Shown in pieces: positions 18,687 to 28,985 of a DNA stretch of 64,000 nucleotides (the first letter of the stretch is position 1; every line of letters starts with the position of its first letter). The notes under the pieces were generated by a model. It worked only from the letters and a program-made list of their open reading frames with translations. It searched no databases and was not told where the DNA came from. The position numbers and the translations under genes were made by a program. Source of the DNA: Candidatus Krumholzibacteriia bacterium (lineage in GTDB: Bacteria; Krumholzibacteriota; Krumholzibacteriia; LZORAL124-64-63); NCBI GenBank assembly GCA_050174015.1, contig JBFXKG010000008.1, positions 32,001-96,000 on the forward strand, given 5' to 3'.

Positions 18687-19640
18687 TCACTTGGCCTTGT
18701 CGACCTCGTCGGACGTCTTCTTGACCGCGGCGACGGAGTTGGCCAGGGCCTTCTTCTCCTCGGGGGTCAGCTTGATCCTGATGACCTCCTCGATGCCGTT
18801 CCTGCCCAGGATGACGGGCACGCCGACGAACAGCCCCTTCACGCCGTATTCGCCGTCGAGGTAGGCCGCCACCGGGGTGATCTTGCGCTTGTCGAAGGCG
18901 ATGGCCTCGACCATCTCCAGGGCGCTGACGGCGGGGCTGACGAAGGCCGAGCCGCTGCCCAGCAGGCTGACGACCTCGCCGCCGGCGCCGCGCGTCCGCT
19001 TCTCGATGGCGTCCAGCTTGGCCTTGCTGATGAACTGCTCCACGGGCAGGCCGTAGATCCGGCAGGCGCTGCGGATGGGCACCATGGTGTCGCCGTGGCC
19101 GCCGAGCACGACCGCCTCGACGTTCTCCACCGAGACGTTGGCCTCGCGGGCGACGAAGTACTTGTAGCGGGCGCTGTCCAGCACGCCGGCCATCCCCATG
19201 ATCCGGCTGGGCTTGAACTTCAGCTTCTTGAAGAGCCGGTAGACGATGGCGTCCAGGGGATTGGCGATGGAGATCACGATGGCGTTCGGCGCGTACTTCT
19301 TGATCCCGGCCGCCACGAAATCGGTGATCTTCAGGTTGATGGCCAGCAGTTCGTCGCGCGAGGGGAAGGTGCCATCCGGACGCATGGTCCGGGGCACGCC
19401 GGCGGTGTTGATCACGAAATCGGCGCCCTCGATGACCTCGTAGGTCTTGCTGCCCTCGCAGTTGACGTCGCTGGCGAACACGGGGGTGGCTTCGGCGACG
19501 TCCAGGCACTTGCCCTTGGCGAACTCGGGTTCCTTGACGTCGACCAGGCCGACGTTGCGGGCCAACCGGCGCGAGACGATCTCCGAGACGAGGACGCCTC
19601 CGATATTGCCGCCGCCGATGATACCGATCTTGTTGATCAT
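18687..19640 (-). CDS. mdh: Malate dehydrogenase (LDH-like)
   Basis: GGGNIG Rossmann motif, TAGVPR, SRDELL, NPLDA, LDSAR, GGHGD. Confidence 0.93.
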   Translation of the reverse strand: MINKIGIIGGGNIGGVLVSEIVSRRLARNVGLVDVKEPEFAKGKCLDVAEATPVFASDVNCEGSKTYEVIEGADFVINTAGVPRTMRPDGTFPSRDELLAINLKITDFVAAGIKKYAPNAIVISIANPLDAIVYRLFKKLKFKPSRIMGMAGVLDSARYKYFVAREANVSVENVEAVVLGGHGDTMVPIRSACRIYGLPVEQFISKAKLDAIEKRTRGAGGEVVSLLGSGSAFVSPAVSALEMVEAIAFDKRKITPVAAYLDGEYGVKGLFVGVPVILGRNGIEEVIRIKLTPEEKKALANSVAAVKKTSDEVDKAK

Positions 19641-19793
19641 GGCACCGAACTCCTTGCAGGGTTGTTCGTTGGATAAGAATCGATTGCTAGCGTTAGGACT
19701 TTAACACCCGCCTGTGCGGTTTTCCAGCAGAATCGCTATCTTGATCTCCCACCGTGACGCCTCGAGTTGAACCCGAAGAAAGGGACCCTTCCG

Positions 19794-20405
19794 ATGCCCC
19801 GCAAGCACGCCAACAACTGGGACGACCGCTACGACCACGACCGTTTTTTCTACGGGGTGGATCCCAACTATCTGGTCGCCAGGGAACTGCCCGGCCTGCC
19901 CCCGGGCCGGGGCCTCTTCCTGGCCGAAGGGGAGGGACGCAACGCCGTCTTCGCCGCGGGACTGGGTCACGAGGTGACGGCCGTGGACAGCTCACAGGTG
20001 GGGATGCTCAAGGCGCAGCATCTGGCCGGGGCCAGGGGAGTGCGGATCCGCTACCGGACCGAGGACGTGGTGACCGGCGACTGGGACCGGGACGAATGGG
20101 ACTTCGTGGTGATGTGCTTCGCCCACCTGCCCCCCGAGGAAATGCCGGGAGTTCACGCCCGCATTGCGCGTTCCCTGCGGCCGGGAGGCCGCCTCATCCA
20201 CGTCTCGTTCAGCAAGGCCCAGCTGGGACGCCCCTCGGGCGGGCCGCCGCGCCTGGCATGGTTGCATGCCCTGTCCGACCTGAAGGACCAGTATGCCGGC
20301 CTGGATCTGGCCGTCGCCGAGGAGAAGGAAGTGGTCCTGGACGAGGGCGCCGGCCACCGCGGGGCCGCCCTGGTCATCGAGATCGTGGGGACCAGGCCGG
20401 AATAG
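19794..20405 (+). CDS. Class I SAM-dependent methyltransferase
   Basis: WDDRY...FFYG.DPN, LAEGEGRNAVF, VTAVDSS. Confidence 0.88.
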   Translation: MPRKHANNWDDRYDHDRFFYGVDPNYLVARELPGLPPGRGLFLAEGEGRNAVFAAGLGHEVTAVDSSQVGMLKAQHLAGARGVRIRYRTEDVVTGDWDRDEWDFVVMCFAHLPPEEMPGVHARIARSLRPGGRLIHVSFSKAQLGRPSGGPPRLAWLHALSDLKDQYAGLDLAVAEEKEVVLDEGAGHRGAALVIEIVGTRPE

Positions 20406-20414
20406 GGATTCCCT

Positions 20415-21068
20415 CTAGCCGAAGATCCCCCGGACCGCGATCCGGGACCAGTCCTCGAAGCTGGCGCCTTCGGGCGCGCCGCCGGCAGGCAACATGGCGG
20501 GCAGCTCGGCCGCAGGAATCCAGCGGGCCTGATGGGGCTCGGCCTGGGCGCTGACCAGTTGCACCAGCTCCTCGTCCCCGCCGGGCATGCCGTCCAGACC
20601 CACCGAGAAGACCACGCCGAAATGGACGCTCGAGACGTCCTCGCTGTCGGAGTTGATGTATCCGCGCAGACGGAGCGCGTCGGGACCGGGATCCAGGCCC
20701 GTCTCCTCTTCCAGCTCCCGCATGGCGGTGGCCATGACCAGGCCGTGGGTCTCGACCAGGGGATCCTGACGGTCCACCGGCTCGACGTGTCCCCCGAATC
20801 CCACGCTCCACAGGCCACCGAGGCGGGCCTCGGTGTGCTTGGTCCGCCGCTGGTAGCAGAGCACCCTGGCGGAGCCTCCCTCGCCCCTCTGCAGGACCAG
20901 GTAGGGGATGACCTGCTTGTAGTGGCTGTTCTGCTCCATGTAGTCCCGCTCGGCGAAGAACAGGCGGGGCGCCAGGGCGGGCAGGTCCACCGCGCCGTTG
21001 GGCAGGAATCCCTGGGGACTGAGCCCCGGGAACAGGTGCTTGCGTTCGATGACGAGGATGCTGCGCAC
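20415..21068 (-). CDS. NUDIX-family hydrolase (YmaB/COG4112-like)
   Basis: YKQVIPY, YQR..TEARL, SVGFGGHV, MRELEEETG Nudix box, VHFG. Confidence 0.82.
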   Translation of the reverse strand: MRSILVIERKHLFPGLSPQGFLPNGAVDLPALAPRLFFAERDYMEQNSHYKQVIPYLVLQRGEGGSARVLCYQRRTKHTEARLGGLWSVGFGGHVEPVDRQDPLVETHGLVMATAMRELEEETGLDPGPDALRLRGYINSDSEDVSSVHFGVVFSVGLDGMPGGDEELVQLVSAQAEPHQARWIPAAELPAMLPAGGAPEGASFEDWSRIAVRGIFG

Positions 21069-21379
21069 GGTCGATCCTTTGCTGGGAGAGGGGCTGGCCG
21101 CCAGGGGGCCGATCAGCCGGCCGGAATGTCACCGATTGTCGGTCGTCGGTCGTCGATTGGAGTGGCCAAGATAGCACATGACCCGCCCGGATTCACGGCT
21201 GGGTTGTCGGCTCCTCCGGCTGATCCGTACCTTCCCTGGGAGGATGTTCGACCGCACCCAGGGCCGGCGGGACGCGTCGATCGTCGGGAACAGGAACCCC
21301 ATTCCGAATATCCCGGGGTGCGGATGGAGTTGCCTGGCCAGGGTCCGTCCCCGAGGGTGGACGATCCCGGCCGCATCGA

Positions 21380-22687
21380 CTACGGCAGGAACCGGCCGAC
21401 CTCCGCCAGCTTGTTGGGCAGGTACTCGTCGATGACGTAGTTCAGGCCGTGCTTGGCCAGGGCCTGCTGTTCGGCGCGGACCCCCATCTTGATCATCTGC
21501 TCGAGGGCCTTCTGCCAGGCCTTGTAATGGAGGATGAAGGGGTCGTTCTTGAGGGCGTCGCGGGCCCGTTTGACGTCCACGTCCTTCAGCGGGTGGGTGG
21601 GCAGCTCGTAGTCGATGATGTCCTGGGGCGTGATCCCCAGCAGGTGGGCCTGGGGCACGCAGAAGAACTCGTTCAGGTGGGCGGCGTTGCCGCTGCCGAC
21701 CTTCAGTGTGCGGTAGATGTTGCTGTAGCCGTAGGGGTCGCCGTCCACGAAGACGTAGACCGGCAGGCCGTGGCTGTCGGCCAGACGCCGCACGAAACGC
21801 CGACAGGCGCGCGTGGGCACCCCGCCCAGGCTGACGAGGATGCAACTCGCCTGCTTCCAGTAGTTGTGCTTGACCAGGCGCTGGAACATGCCGGCGGTCT
21901 CGATGCAGAGGATGAACTGGGCGTCGGTCTCGAACTCCAGATCCTCCACCGAGATGGGGATGGAGTAGGCGCCGCTGCCGAATCGCGTGCAGTCGATGCG
22001 CAGCTTCTCGCCGGTGTCGCGGTCGTGGTCGACGACGACCAGCCGTCCGGCCACGTCGCCGCCCTTCTCCTCGGGCACGAAGCCCAGCTGTTCGCGGTTG
22101 ACCGCGAAGAAGGCCTCGACGTCCTCCATCACCGTGTCCGATTCGGGCTGCTCCTTGAACCGGGCCTCCGCCCAGTTCTTGCTCACGTAGTAGGCCTCCC
22201 GCTTCGTGGCGATGTCGTCGGTCTCGATCAGCTCCTTGGACAGGGCCATCATCTTCAGGGTCTGGGCGAAGGTCTTGACCGTGTTGACGGTCAGGGTGCG
22301 TTCCTTCTTCTTGCCCCTCATCTTGAAATACCCGATGGAGGGGTCGTAGCTCACGTTGTTGAGCGAGCGCAGGGGGAAGTCCATCTGGGGCTTCTCGCCC
22401 AGGAGGATCTTCTGCCGGATGATGTTCGACTCGCTGCGGATGCGCCGGGACACCTTGTTGAACGACACCTTGGGAGCTTCCCCGGCGGGGAGGGCCCCGG
22501 CATCCGACGCCTCGCGGGAGGCCGCACCGGCGGCGGCCTTGGAGGCGGCCCCGGCGGGGGCCTTGGCCCGCGGCGAGGTCCCGCCGAACCCGAGCTCGCC
22601 CTGGGCGGCCGGCGTGCCGGCGGCCTTGGCGGGGGCTTTCTTCGCGGTCGTCTTCTTGCCCGGGGTCTTCTTCTTGGCTGCGGCCAC
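21380..22687 (-). CDS. top6A: DNA topoisomerase VI subunit A
   Basis: TKREAYY catalytic-Tyr motif, QPESD..MED, TOPRIM IETAGMF and DGDPYG, AEQQAL; Lys/Ala-rich N-terminal extension. Confidence 0.93.
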   Translation of the reverse strand: MAAAKKKTPGKKTTAKKAPAKAAGTPAAQGELGFGGTSPRAKAPAGAASKAAAGAASREASDAGALPAGEAPKVSFNKVSRRIRSESNIIRQKILLGEKPQMDFPLRSLNNVSYDPSIGYFKMRGKKKERTLTVNTVKTFAQTLKMMALSKELIETDDIATKREAYYVSKNWAEARFKEQPESDTVMEDVEAFFAVNREQLGFVPEEKGGDVAGRLVVVDHDRDTGEKLRIDCTRFGSGAYSIPISVEDLEFETDAQFILCIETAGMFQRLVKHNYWKQASCILVSLGGVPTRACRRFVRRLADSHGLPVYVFVDGDPYGYSNIYRTLKVGSGNAAHLNEFFCVPQAHLLGITPQDIIDYELPTHPLKDVDVKRARDALKNDPFILHYKAWQKALEQMIKMGVRAEQQALAKHGLNYVIDEYLPNKLAEVGRFLP

Positions 22688-22711
22688 GGTGCGTTCCTTC
22701 GCGTTGGTCGT

Positions 22712-24400
22712 TTAGAGTTTCCGGCTGCGCTCGAGGGTGTCGGTCAAGGTCTCGATGACCTCGTTCCTCTCGGCGTCGCTGATCTCCAGGATCTCCTGCA
22801 GGGCGTCCCCGATGTGGGGGATGTACTTCTGGATGTAGCTCTGCTTCTTGGCCGCGTCCTTCTCGCGCTCGCGGCGGCGGATGTGCCTCTGCAGCCGGCG
22901 GCCGGCCTCCTGCAGGGCCAGGCGGATCTCCTTGATGATCTCGGGATAGTGGGCGACCGCCTCCTTGCTCTCGCTCGTGAAAGGCACCCAGACCGAGGCC
23001 ATGTGCACGAGGATGACCAGGGGGCCGCCGGGCAGGGCGCCCTTGCTCTGCTGCAGGCCGTAGCTTCGCCAGTTGCTCGTCAGAACCGACTTGTGGATGG
23101 CGCAGGCCGAAGCCTGGTACAGCAGGGGCACCCGGTTGGCGAAACGCATCACCTTGGCCAGGTCGTCGGCGGGCAGCTTGCCGCCGTAGGCGATGCCGAC
23201 CTCGATCTGGAAGGGGTTGCCGCGGTACACCGCCGCGGGCCGGGTCACCGAGGTGTAGAAGTCGGCCTCGACGCCGGTCTTCAGGCCGGCCATCACCAGG
23301 TCCTCGCCGATCGGGGAAAGACAGTCGGTGGGCGGGGCGGCGATCTTCGTGTCGGCGATGGCGTCCAGCAGCTTCTGGACGTCGTCCTGCACGAGTCGCT
23401 TCGGATTCTTGCGCGGCGGCAGGCCGGCGGTCTCCAGGATGGTCTCGGCGGTCTTGGGGCCGACCTTGCAGAACTCGTCCTTGAGGAAGGAGGCGAGGTT
23501 GCGGCTAGAGGTGTCGGCCAGCATCCGCGACAGGATTCCCATCTCCACGCCGTAGGGATGGGGCTTGATCTCGGCGGCCTCGGGAGGCAGTTCGCTGGTG
23601 GCGTTGGGATAGACGATGGTCTCGCCCTTGGGGTCCTTGTAGGTCAGGTGCAGGTGGGGGTTGGCGATGGCCGTCTGCTCGAGGTAGTTGTCCACCGAGT
23701 GCTGGCCCCGCTTGTAGCTGCCGGTCAGGACGATCTCGATGCGGGTGCCGTGGTCCTTCTCCCAGACGGTCTCGTCCCCGCTGAGGATCACCGGTTCGTT
23801 CTTCTTCATGTCCAGCAGCAGCTGGAACCGGTGGGCGGGCTTCTTCGCCCCGGTGCGGCTGTAGACCGTCACGGGCTTGCCGGTCGTCAGCTGGCCGTAC
23901 ATCCCGGCGGCCGAGATGCCGATGCCCTGCTGGCCGCGGCTCTGCTTCAGGCTGTGGAACTTCGAACCGTAGAGCAGCTTGCCGAAGATCCGGGGGATCT
24001 GGGCGGCCACGATGCCGGGCCCGTTGTCCTCGACGATGATCTTGTACCGCTCCTCGTTCTTCACCCCGCGGGCTGCGGTGTCGTTGCGCCCGGCCTTGCC
24101 GTTGCCGTTGCCGTTGGCGCCGGAATCCGGATCCTGCTGGCTGCTCAGTTCCAGGCCCAGGTTCACGGGCTTGTCCGGCCTGATCTCCACCAGGAGCCGC
24201 GGGGCGATGCCGGCCTCCTCGCAGGCGTCGAGGCTGTTGTCCACGGCTTCCTTGATGGTGGTCAGCAAGGCCTTGGCGGGCGAGTCGAAGCCCAGCAGGT
24301 GCCGGTTCTTGGTGAAGAACTCGCTGATGGAGATCTCACGCTGCTTCTCGGCCATGGACTGGGCGTCTTTGGGACTGCGCTGCGGCTGGGGAGCGGCCAT
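22712..24400 (-). CDS. top6B: DNA topoisomerase VI subunit B
   Basis: [61 protein letters not shown]. Confidence 0.95.
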   Translation of the reverse strand: MAAPQPQRSPKDAQSMAEKQREISISEFFTKNRHLLGFDSPAKALLTTIKEAVDNSLDACEEAGIAPRLLVEIRPDKPVNLGLELSSQQDPDSGANGNGNGKAGRNDTAARGVKNEERYKIIVEDNGPGIVAAQIPRIFGKLLYGSKFHSLKQSRGQQGIGISAAGMYGQLTTGKPVTVYSRTGAKKPAHRFQLLLDMKKNEPVILSGDETVWEKDHGTRIEIVLTGSYKRGQHSVDNYLEQTAIANPHLHLTYKDPKGETIVYPNATSELPPEAAEIKPHPYGVEMGILSRMLADTSSRNLASFLKDEFCKVGPKTAETILETAGLPPRKNPKRLVQDDVQKLLDAIADTKIAAPPTDCLSPIGEDLVMAGLKTGVEADFYTSVTRPAAVYRGNPFQIEVGIAYGGKLPADDLAKVMRFANRVPLLYQASACAIHKSVLTSNWRSYGLQQSKGALPGGPLVILVHMASVWVPFTSESKEAVAHYPEIIKEIRLALQEAGRRLQRHIRRREREKDAAKKQSYIQKYIPHIGDALQEILEISDAERNEVIETLTDTLERSRKL

Positions 24401-24487
24401 TCACGACACCTTCCGTGGTGGTGGTTCTTCCCTGGAATCTGCGATGGGCCTGGACGACGTCAGGCGCCGGAGGCTTGCGGCGCAGGA

Positions 24488-24516
24488 ACTGTAAAAAAGC
24501 GGGAGGCGGAGGTCAA
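24488..24516 (-). promoter_or_regulatory. Sigma70 promoter of top6B-top6A
   Basis: TTGACC-N17-TACAGT on the minus strand. Confidence 0.6.
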
Positions 24517-24834
24517 CCCCGGCTTGCGGAGCCGGTGGCGGTCGGGCGGGGGAGTGTCGCCCCCCGGAAGCGGCCCGAGGACCGGGGCCGGCGATTCACG
24601 CACCATCGGGCAGAGATGGTCCGGGGGGCGACGACGCGATGCAACTTCTTGCAGCACACCGGGTGCCAGAAGCCCCGGCCGGATCCTGCCGTTGCCTGCG
24701 GAGGAGCGGCGTTCCCCGGAATTCCCCATGACGGCCGGATCGGCCTCCTCCCGCAGGAGGACCCGCCCCGGCCGATCGGGCAATCCGGCCGACCGACCCC
24801 GCGCCGGGGTTGCAGGATGGCCAGGAACGAGGAA

Positions 24835-25851
24835 TCAACGGAACAGGGACCGCACCGATCCCAGGGGGGTCTTTTCGGCCGGGACCATGGCCTGGCAGCG
24901 GATCTCCAGGGTGAAGACCCCCTCGTCTTCGCCCTCCCCGGGGGGCAGGAAGGCGTCCACGCCCAGGTAGACCACCGTGTCCAGGAAGGATGGGTTGGAC
25001 CACTTGAGGGTCTCCCCCTGGCCCTGGGCCTTGGCGTCCACGAAGGCCAGGCACTCGTTCTCGGGATGGCAGGATCCCAGGAGCCACAGGCTCGGATCCA
25101 GACCGGACCCCACCGCGGTCAGGGTGGCGGTGAACTCGTGGTAAGCGGCGACGGTGACGGCGTACCACCGGTCGCCGGACCGCTGCAGGCTGGAATTGCA
25201 GTCGAGGTCCTGGAGGTGGTTTTCCTCGAGGGCCAGGTCCCCCTCGAAGGTCGCCGTTTCGACCTGGCAGGGGACCGCGTCGGCTCCGCCGGGCCCGCAG
25301 ATCTCCGGGGGCAGGCCGGCCAGCCGCGACTCCAGGACCAGGGTGAAGTCCCCGGCGAACGGTTCGGGGGAGTTCCGGTACCCGTCGACCACCAGGGTGT
25401 AGGTCCCCGGGCCCAGCAGGGCCGTGAACTCGATGTTGGCCCCCGCCAGGCAGGAATCGGTGTCACAGGTTTCCAGCAGGAAGAGATCCAGGTCCCGGTC
25501 GTCCAGATCCCGCAGACCGACGAAGACCTCCAGGAGGCCATCCCCGACGGATTCGGGGGGAATCACCAGCTCGTAGAAGGCCTCCGGACCGGTCTCGGAC
25601 CAGTCCCGGCAGGCGTAACCGTCCACTTCGCCGGTCCCGAAGGTGCTGTCGGCCAAGGTCAGGGTGAAACCAGGTTCGAGGATCCAGGTGGCTCGAGGGG
25701 TGCAGTCGAACACCGCGCGCTGGTAGACGAAGGCCGGATCGGCCGGCTTGTCGGCGGCCGGCGAGGCGGCAGGGGCGGGGGCGGATCGGCCCGCCAGAAG
25801 GATCAGGGCGGCCGCCACCGGCGGCAGCAGACGCGTGAAGGTCGAGGCCAT
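24835..25851 (-). CDS. Secreted Cys-containing protein with two PPC-like beta-sandwich repeats and a short C-terminal tail motif
   Basis: Signal peptide; repeats GPEAFYEL..DLDLFLLETC..CL..GTYTLVVDG and SGDRWYAV..DPSLWLLGSC..CL..VYLGVDA; ends VPAEKTPLGSVRSLFR. Confidence 0.7.
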   Translation of the reverse strand: MASTFTRLLPPVAAALILLAGRSAPAPAASPAADKPADPAFVYQRAVFDCTPRATWILEPGFTLTLADSTFGTGEVDGYACRDWSETGPEAFYELVIPPESVGDGLLEVFVGLRDLDDRDLDLFLLETCDTDSCLAGANIEFTALLGPGTYTLVVDGYRNSPEPFAGDFTLVLESRLAGLPPEICGPGGADAVPCQVETATFEGDLALEENHLQDLDCNSSLQRSGDRWYAVTVAAYHEFTATLTAVGSGLDPSLWLLGSCHPENECLAFVDAKAQGQGETLKWSNPSFLDTVVYLGVDAFLPPGEGEDEGVFTLEIRCQAMVPAEKTPLGSVRSLFR

Positions 25852-25950
25852 GAATCGTTCCATCCCGGGATTGAGGTTGATGAACGTATCCCAGGTTAAC
25901 ACAGGAGGGGCGGGGGGGATTCCCAAAATAGACTGAATAAGTCCCATCCC

Positions 25951-27318
25951 TTACATGTAGCCCAGGTCCTTCATCTCCTGCTCGATGCGGCGCCGCTCGG
26001 CGTCGTCGATCCTCGTGTCGGCCAGGATCTCCCGCGGCCGGGAGGCCAGGTGCGCGGCCAGCAGGCCCTGCATGCGCTTGCGCAGGTCCCGATCCCCGGC
26101 CAGGTTGCGGGCCTCTCCGGGGTCCTGCTCCAGGTCGAAGATCTCCGGTCGCAGCTTCCCCTGTCGGAGCATGTTGATCCACATCTTCAGGCGGGTCACC
26201 GCGCCCAGGGCCGGGTTGGGCCGGGAAACGATCATCTTGTGGGCCCCGTCCCTGACCGCCAGCTTGGACTTGCCGTGACAGAAGACCGGCCCGGAGGGCC
26301 GGCTGGAATCGTGCAGGGCGAGGCCGTCGATTCCCGGGTCCGGACCCTCGGCGCCCGCGAGGTCCAGCAGGGAGGCCAGCATGTCCACCTGGCTGCGGGG
26401 CCGGGAGTCGGCGGCGCCGGTCCCGGGACGGGACGGATCGTGGATGATGCCCACGGTGCGGATGATCTCCTCGTAGAGGTGGATGCCGCCGTGGGCGAAG
26501 CCGCCGTGCTCGAGGAACTCCTCCCCGTGGTCCGACAGGACGGCCACGACCGTGTCGCCGGCCAGCCCCTGCTCCCTGAGGCCCTCCAGCAGTTCCCCGA
26601 TGGCCAGATCGTTGTAGCGGACGGCGGCGTCGTACTTGTCGATGATCCACTGCAGGGTGGGGCCGTCCAGCTTCCTGCGGCCCCAGTTGACGTCCTTCAT
26701 GAAACGGTACATGGAGGTCTTGTTGCGGGCGTCGTCCAGGCGGTCGGCGCGGGGGAAGAGCAGGGCTTCCACGGCGGGATCCACCTGGTCCGCAGGGACC
26801 GAATCGAAGGGATGGGCGTGCTCGTCGGGCAGCCGGAACGGGGTGTGGGGGCCGTCGTAATGCACGAACAGGAAGAAGGGGTCGGGCCCCTGGCCGTATT
26901 GCCGGAGCCAATCCAGGCTCGAGGCGGTGACGTCGAAGGGGAGGTTCTTGCTGAAGTCGAAGCCGCGGGTGTCGGTGACGGCTTCGATCGGGCCCCAGAC
27001 GTTCCGCAGCAGGTTGCCGAAGAACCGGAAGGTCACGACTCCGGCGGTGCGGATCCGGTTGGCCTCGATGATCCCGGTGAAGGGGGAGGTCCGGGCCTGG
27101 GCCGTGAAATCGAAGACCCCGTGGTGATGGGGGTGCAGCCCGGTGAAAAGGGACGTGAAGGCGGGGGCGGTGAAGTTGGAGACCGACCACAGGCCGGTCA
27201 GGATCGACCCTCGCTCCGCCAGGGCGTCCAGGTGCGGGGACGTCGGCCGCCCATAGCCGTAGCAACCCAGGTGGTCGGGACGCAGAGTGTCGACCACGAT
27301 CATCAGGATGTTCTTCAA
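25951..27318 (-). CDS. Sulfatase-like (alkaline phosphatase superfamily) protein
   Basis: VDTLRPDHL, FTAPAFTSLFTG, HYDGPHTP, SDHGEEF, FDLEQDPGE; TTG start, no signal peptide. Confidence 0.85.
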   Translation of the reverse strand: MKNILMIVVDTLRPDHLGCYGYGRPTSPHLDALAERGSILTGLWSVSNFTAPAFTSLFTGLHPHHHGVFDFTAQARTSPFTGIIEANRIRTAGVVTFRFFGNLLRNVWGPIEAVTDTRGFDFSKNLPFDVTASSLDWLRQYGQGPDPFFLFVHYDGPHTPFRLPDEHAHPFDSVPADQVDPAVEALLFPRADRLDDARNKTSMYRFMKDVNWGRRKLDGPTLQWIIDKYDAAVRYNDLAIGELLEGLREQGLAGDTVVAVLSDHGEEFLEHGGFAHGGIHLYEEIIRTVGIIHDPSRPGTGAADSRPRSQVDMLASLLDLAGAEGPDPGIDGLALHDSSRPSGPVFCHGKSKLAVRDGAHKMIVSRPNPALGAVTRLKMWINMLRQGKLRPEIFDLEQDPGEARNLAGDRDLRKRMQGLLAAHLASRPREILADTRIDDAERRRIEQEMKDLGYM

Positions 27319-27591
27319 TGCAGGCTTCCTGGTTGACGCGAGGGGTCCGGAGCCCCGGGAATCGGGAATCGGGCCCCTCCCGGGAGCGGAAGCGGAATAT
27401 TAGCATATTCTGTCCCGCCTTGCGAGGGCGGGCCGGCCCAACGGGTTGGGCGGAGAGGAGACGTTCAAAATTGGAGTCAACCCCCCGCAGGATTTGACGA
27501 TGTCATTCCGGAGATGATATTTCCGGGGTGAGCTCTCCCAGGGAGGCCTACTCCGTGGACCGCAGCGCAGCAACCCTCAAGGAGCCTGGTG

Positions 27592-28680
27592 ATGAAAGTC
27601 AATTTCGTGGATCTCAAGGCGCAGTACGCGTCCATCAAGGACGAGGTTAACGAAGCGATCGCGGGCGTGCTGGAAAGCTGCGCCTTCATCAATCACCGGG
27701 GCTTCGAGCAGGAATTCTCCGATTACATCGGGACCAAGCATTGCGTCGGCGTCGGCAACGGCACCGACGCCCTGTTCATGGCCATGAGGTGCCTGGGCTT
27801 CGGCCCCGGCGACGAGCTGATCACCGCCGCCAACACCTTCATCGCCACCGCCGAAGGCATCGGCTGGACGGGCGCCACCCCCGTGTTCGTGGACTGCGAC
27901 CCGGTGACCTACAACATCGATCCGGACAAGATCGAGGCCGCCATCACGCCACGCACCAGGGCCATCGTGCCGGTTCACCTTTACGGCCAGCCGGCGGCCA
28001 TGGACCGCATCATGGCGATCGCCGCCAAGCACGACCTGAAGGTCGTCGAGGATTGCGCCCAGTCCCACGGGGCGACCTTCAAGGGCCGCAAGGCGGGCAC
28101 CTTCGGCGATGCGGCCTGCTTCAGCTTCTACCCCGGCAAGAACCTGGGGGCCTACGGGGACGCCGGCGCGGTCTGCTGCAACGACGAGGCCCTGGCGGTC
28201 CAGATCCGCAAGCTTGGCGACCACGGCAGCAACATCAAGTACCGGCACGATTTCGAGGGGACGAACAGCCGCCTGGACGGGATCCAGGGCGCGGTCCTTT
28301 CGGTCAAGCTCCGCCACCTGGACCAGTGGTCCGACCGCCGAATCGCCGTGGCGGCCAGGTACGGCGAGGGACTGAAGGACGTCTGCGTCGTTCCCCGGAC
28401 CGCCGAGGGCGTCCGGCACGTCTTCCACCTCTACGTCATCCAGGTCAACAACCGGGAAGAGCTGATGAAGCATCTGGGGGACAACGGGATAGCTTCCGGG
28501 ATCCACTATCCGGTGCCCCTGCCCGTGACCCCGGCCTACCGGAGCCTGGGCTACTCCGCGGACCAGTTCCCGGTGGCCTGCGGCATGGCCGACAAGATCC
28601 TCAGCCTGCCCATGCACGGCGACCTGACGGACGACGACGTGGATCTGGTCATCGAGACCGTCCGCAAATTTGCCAAATAA
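27592..28680 (+). CDS. DegT/DnrJ/EryC1/StrS sugar aminotransferase
   Basis: [35 protein letters not shown]. Confidence 0.95.
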   Translation: MKVNFVDLKAQYASIKDEVNEAIAGVLESCAFINHRGFEQEFSDYIGTKHCVGVGNGTDALFMAMRCLGFGPGDELITAANTFIATAEGIGWTGATPVFVDCDPVTYNIDPDKIEAAITPRTRAIVPVHLYGQPAAMDRIMAIAAKHDLKVVEDCAQSHGATFKGRKAGTFGDAACFSFYPGKNLGAYGDAGAVCCNDEALAVQIRKLGDHGSNIKYRHDFEGTNSRLDGIQGAVLSVKLRHLDQWSDRRIAVAARYGEGLKDVCVVPRTAEGVRHVFHLYVIQVNNREELMKHLGDNGIASGIHYPVPLPVTPAYRSLGYSADQFPVACGMADKILSLPMHGDLTDDDVDLVIETVRKFAK

Positions 28681-28985
28681 GCGGAAAATGGTTATCATTA
28701 CCGGGCGGAGGGATGCGTCCCTCCGCCTCCATGTTGAGGTGAGGGGGAACCGTCCGCGTCCGGAGGGGTTGACAGCTCCGCGCGGTCTGGTTACCTATTC
28801 AAAGCCCGCCGAGTCAACCGATTGCCCCGGGAGAACGCTCGAAGAATTGGTAAAGTTCGCCCCCATAGGATCGATAACCTAGTCGGGACCGGGACGTCGC
28901 AACATCTGGAAAATCCTCTGGTTCCGCTAGCGAGTCGGCAGTGAATCGTGGTGACGGGGTCTCGTCCCGTGCGATCGAGGTTGGC

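Noticed and set aside
21131..21158. Heptamer run ACCGATT-GTCGGTC-GTCGGTC-GTCGATT upstream of the NUDIX gene
   Set aside because: Too short and degenerate to separate from chance in GC-rich DNA
21449..24970. Long antisense ORFs (1173 aa here; also 2590-4863, 15772-18339, 48382-50484 and others)
   Set aside because: Shadow frames of high-GC genes that have clear family motifs on the other strand
28769..28800. TTGACA promoter or ops/JUMPstart element before the export operon
   Set aside because: No good -10 at 16-18 nt spacing and no GGCGGTAG ops element seen
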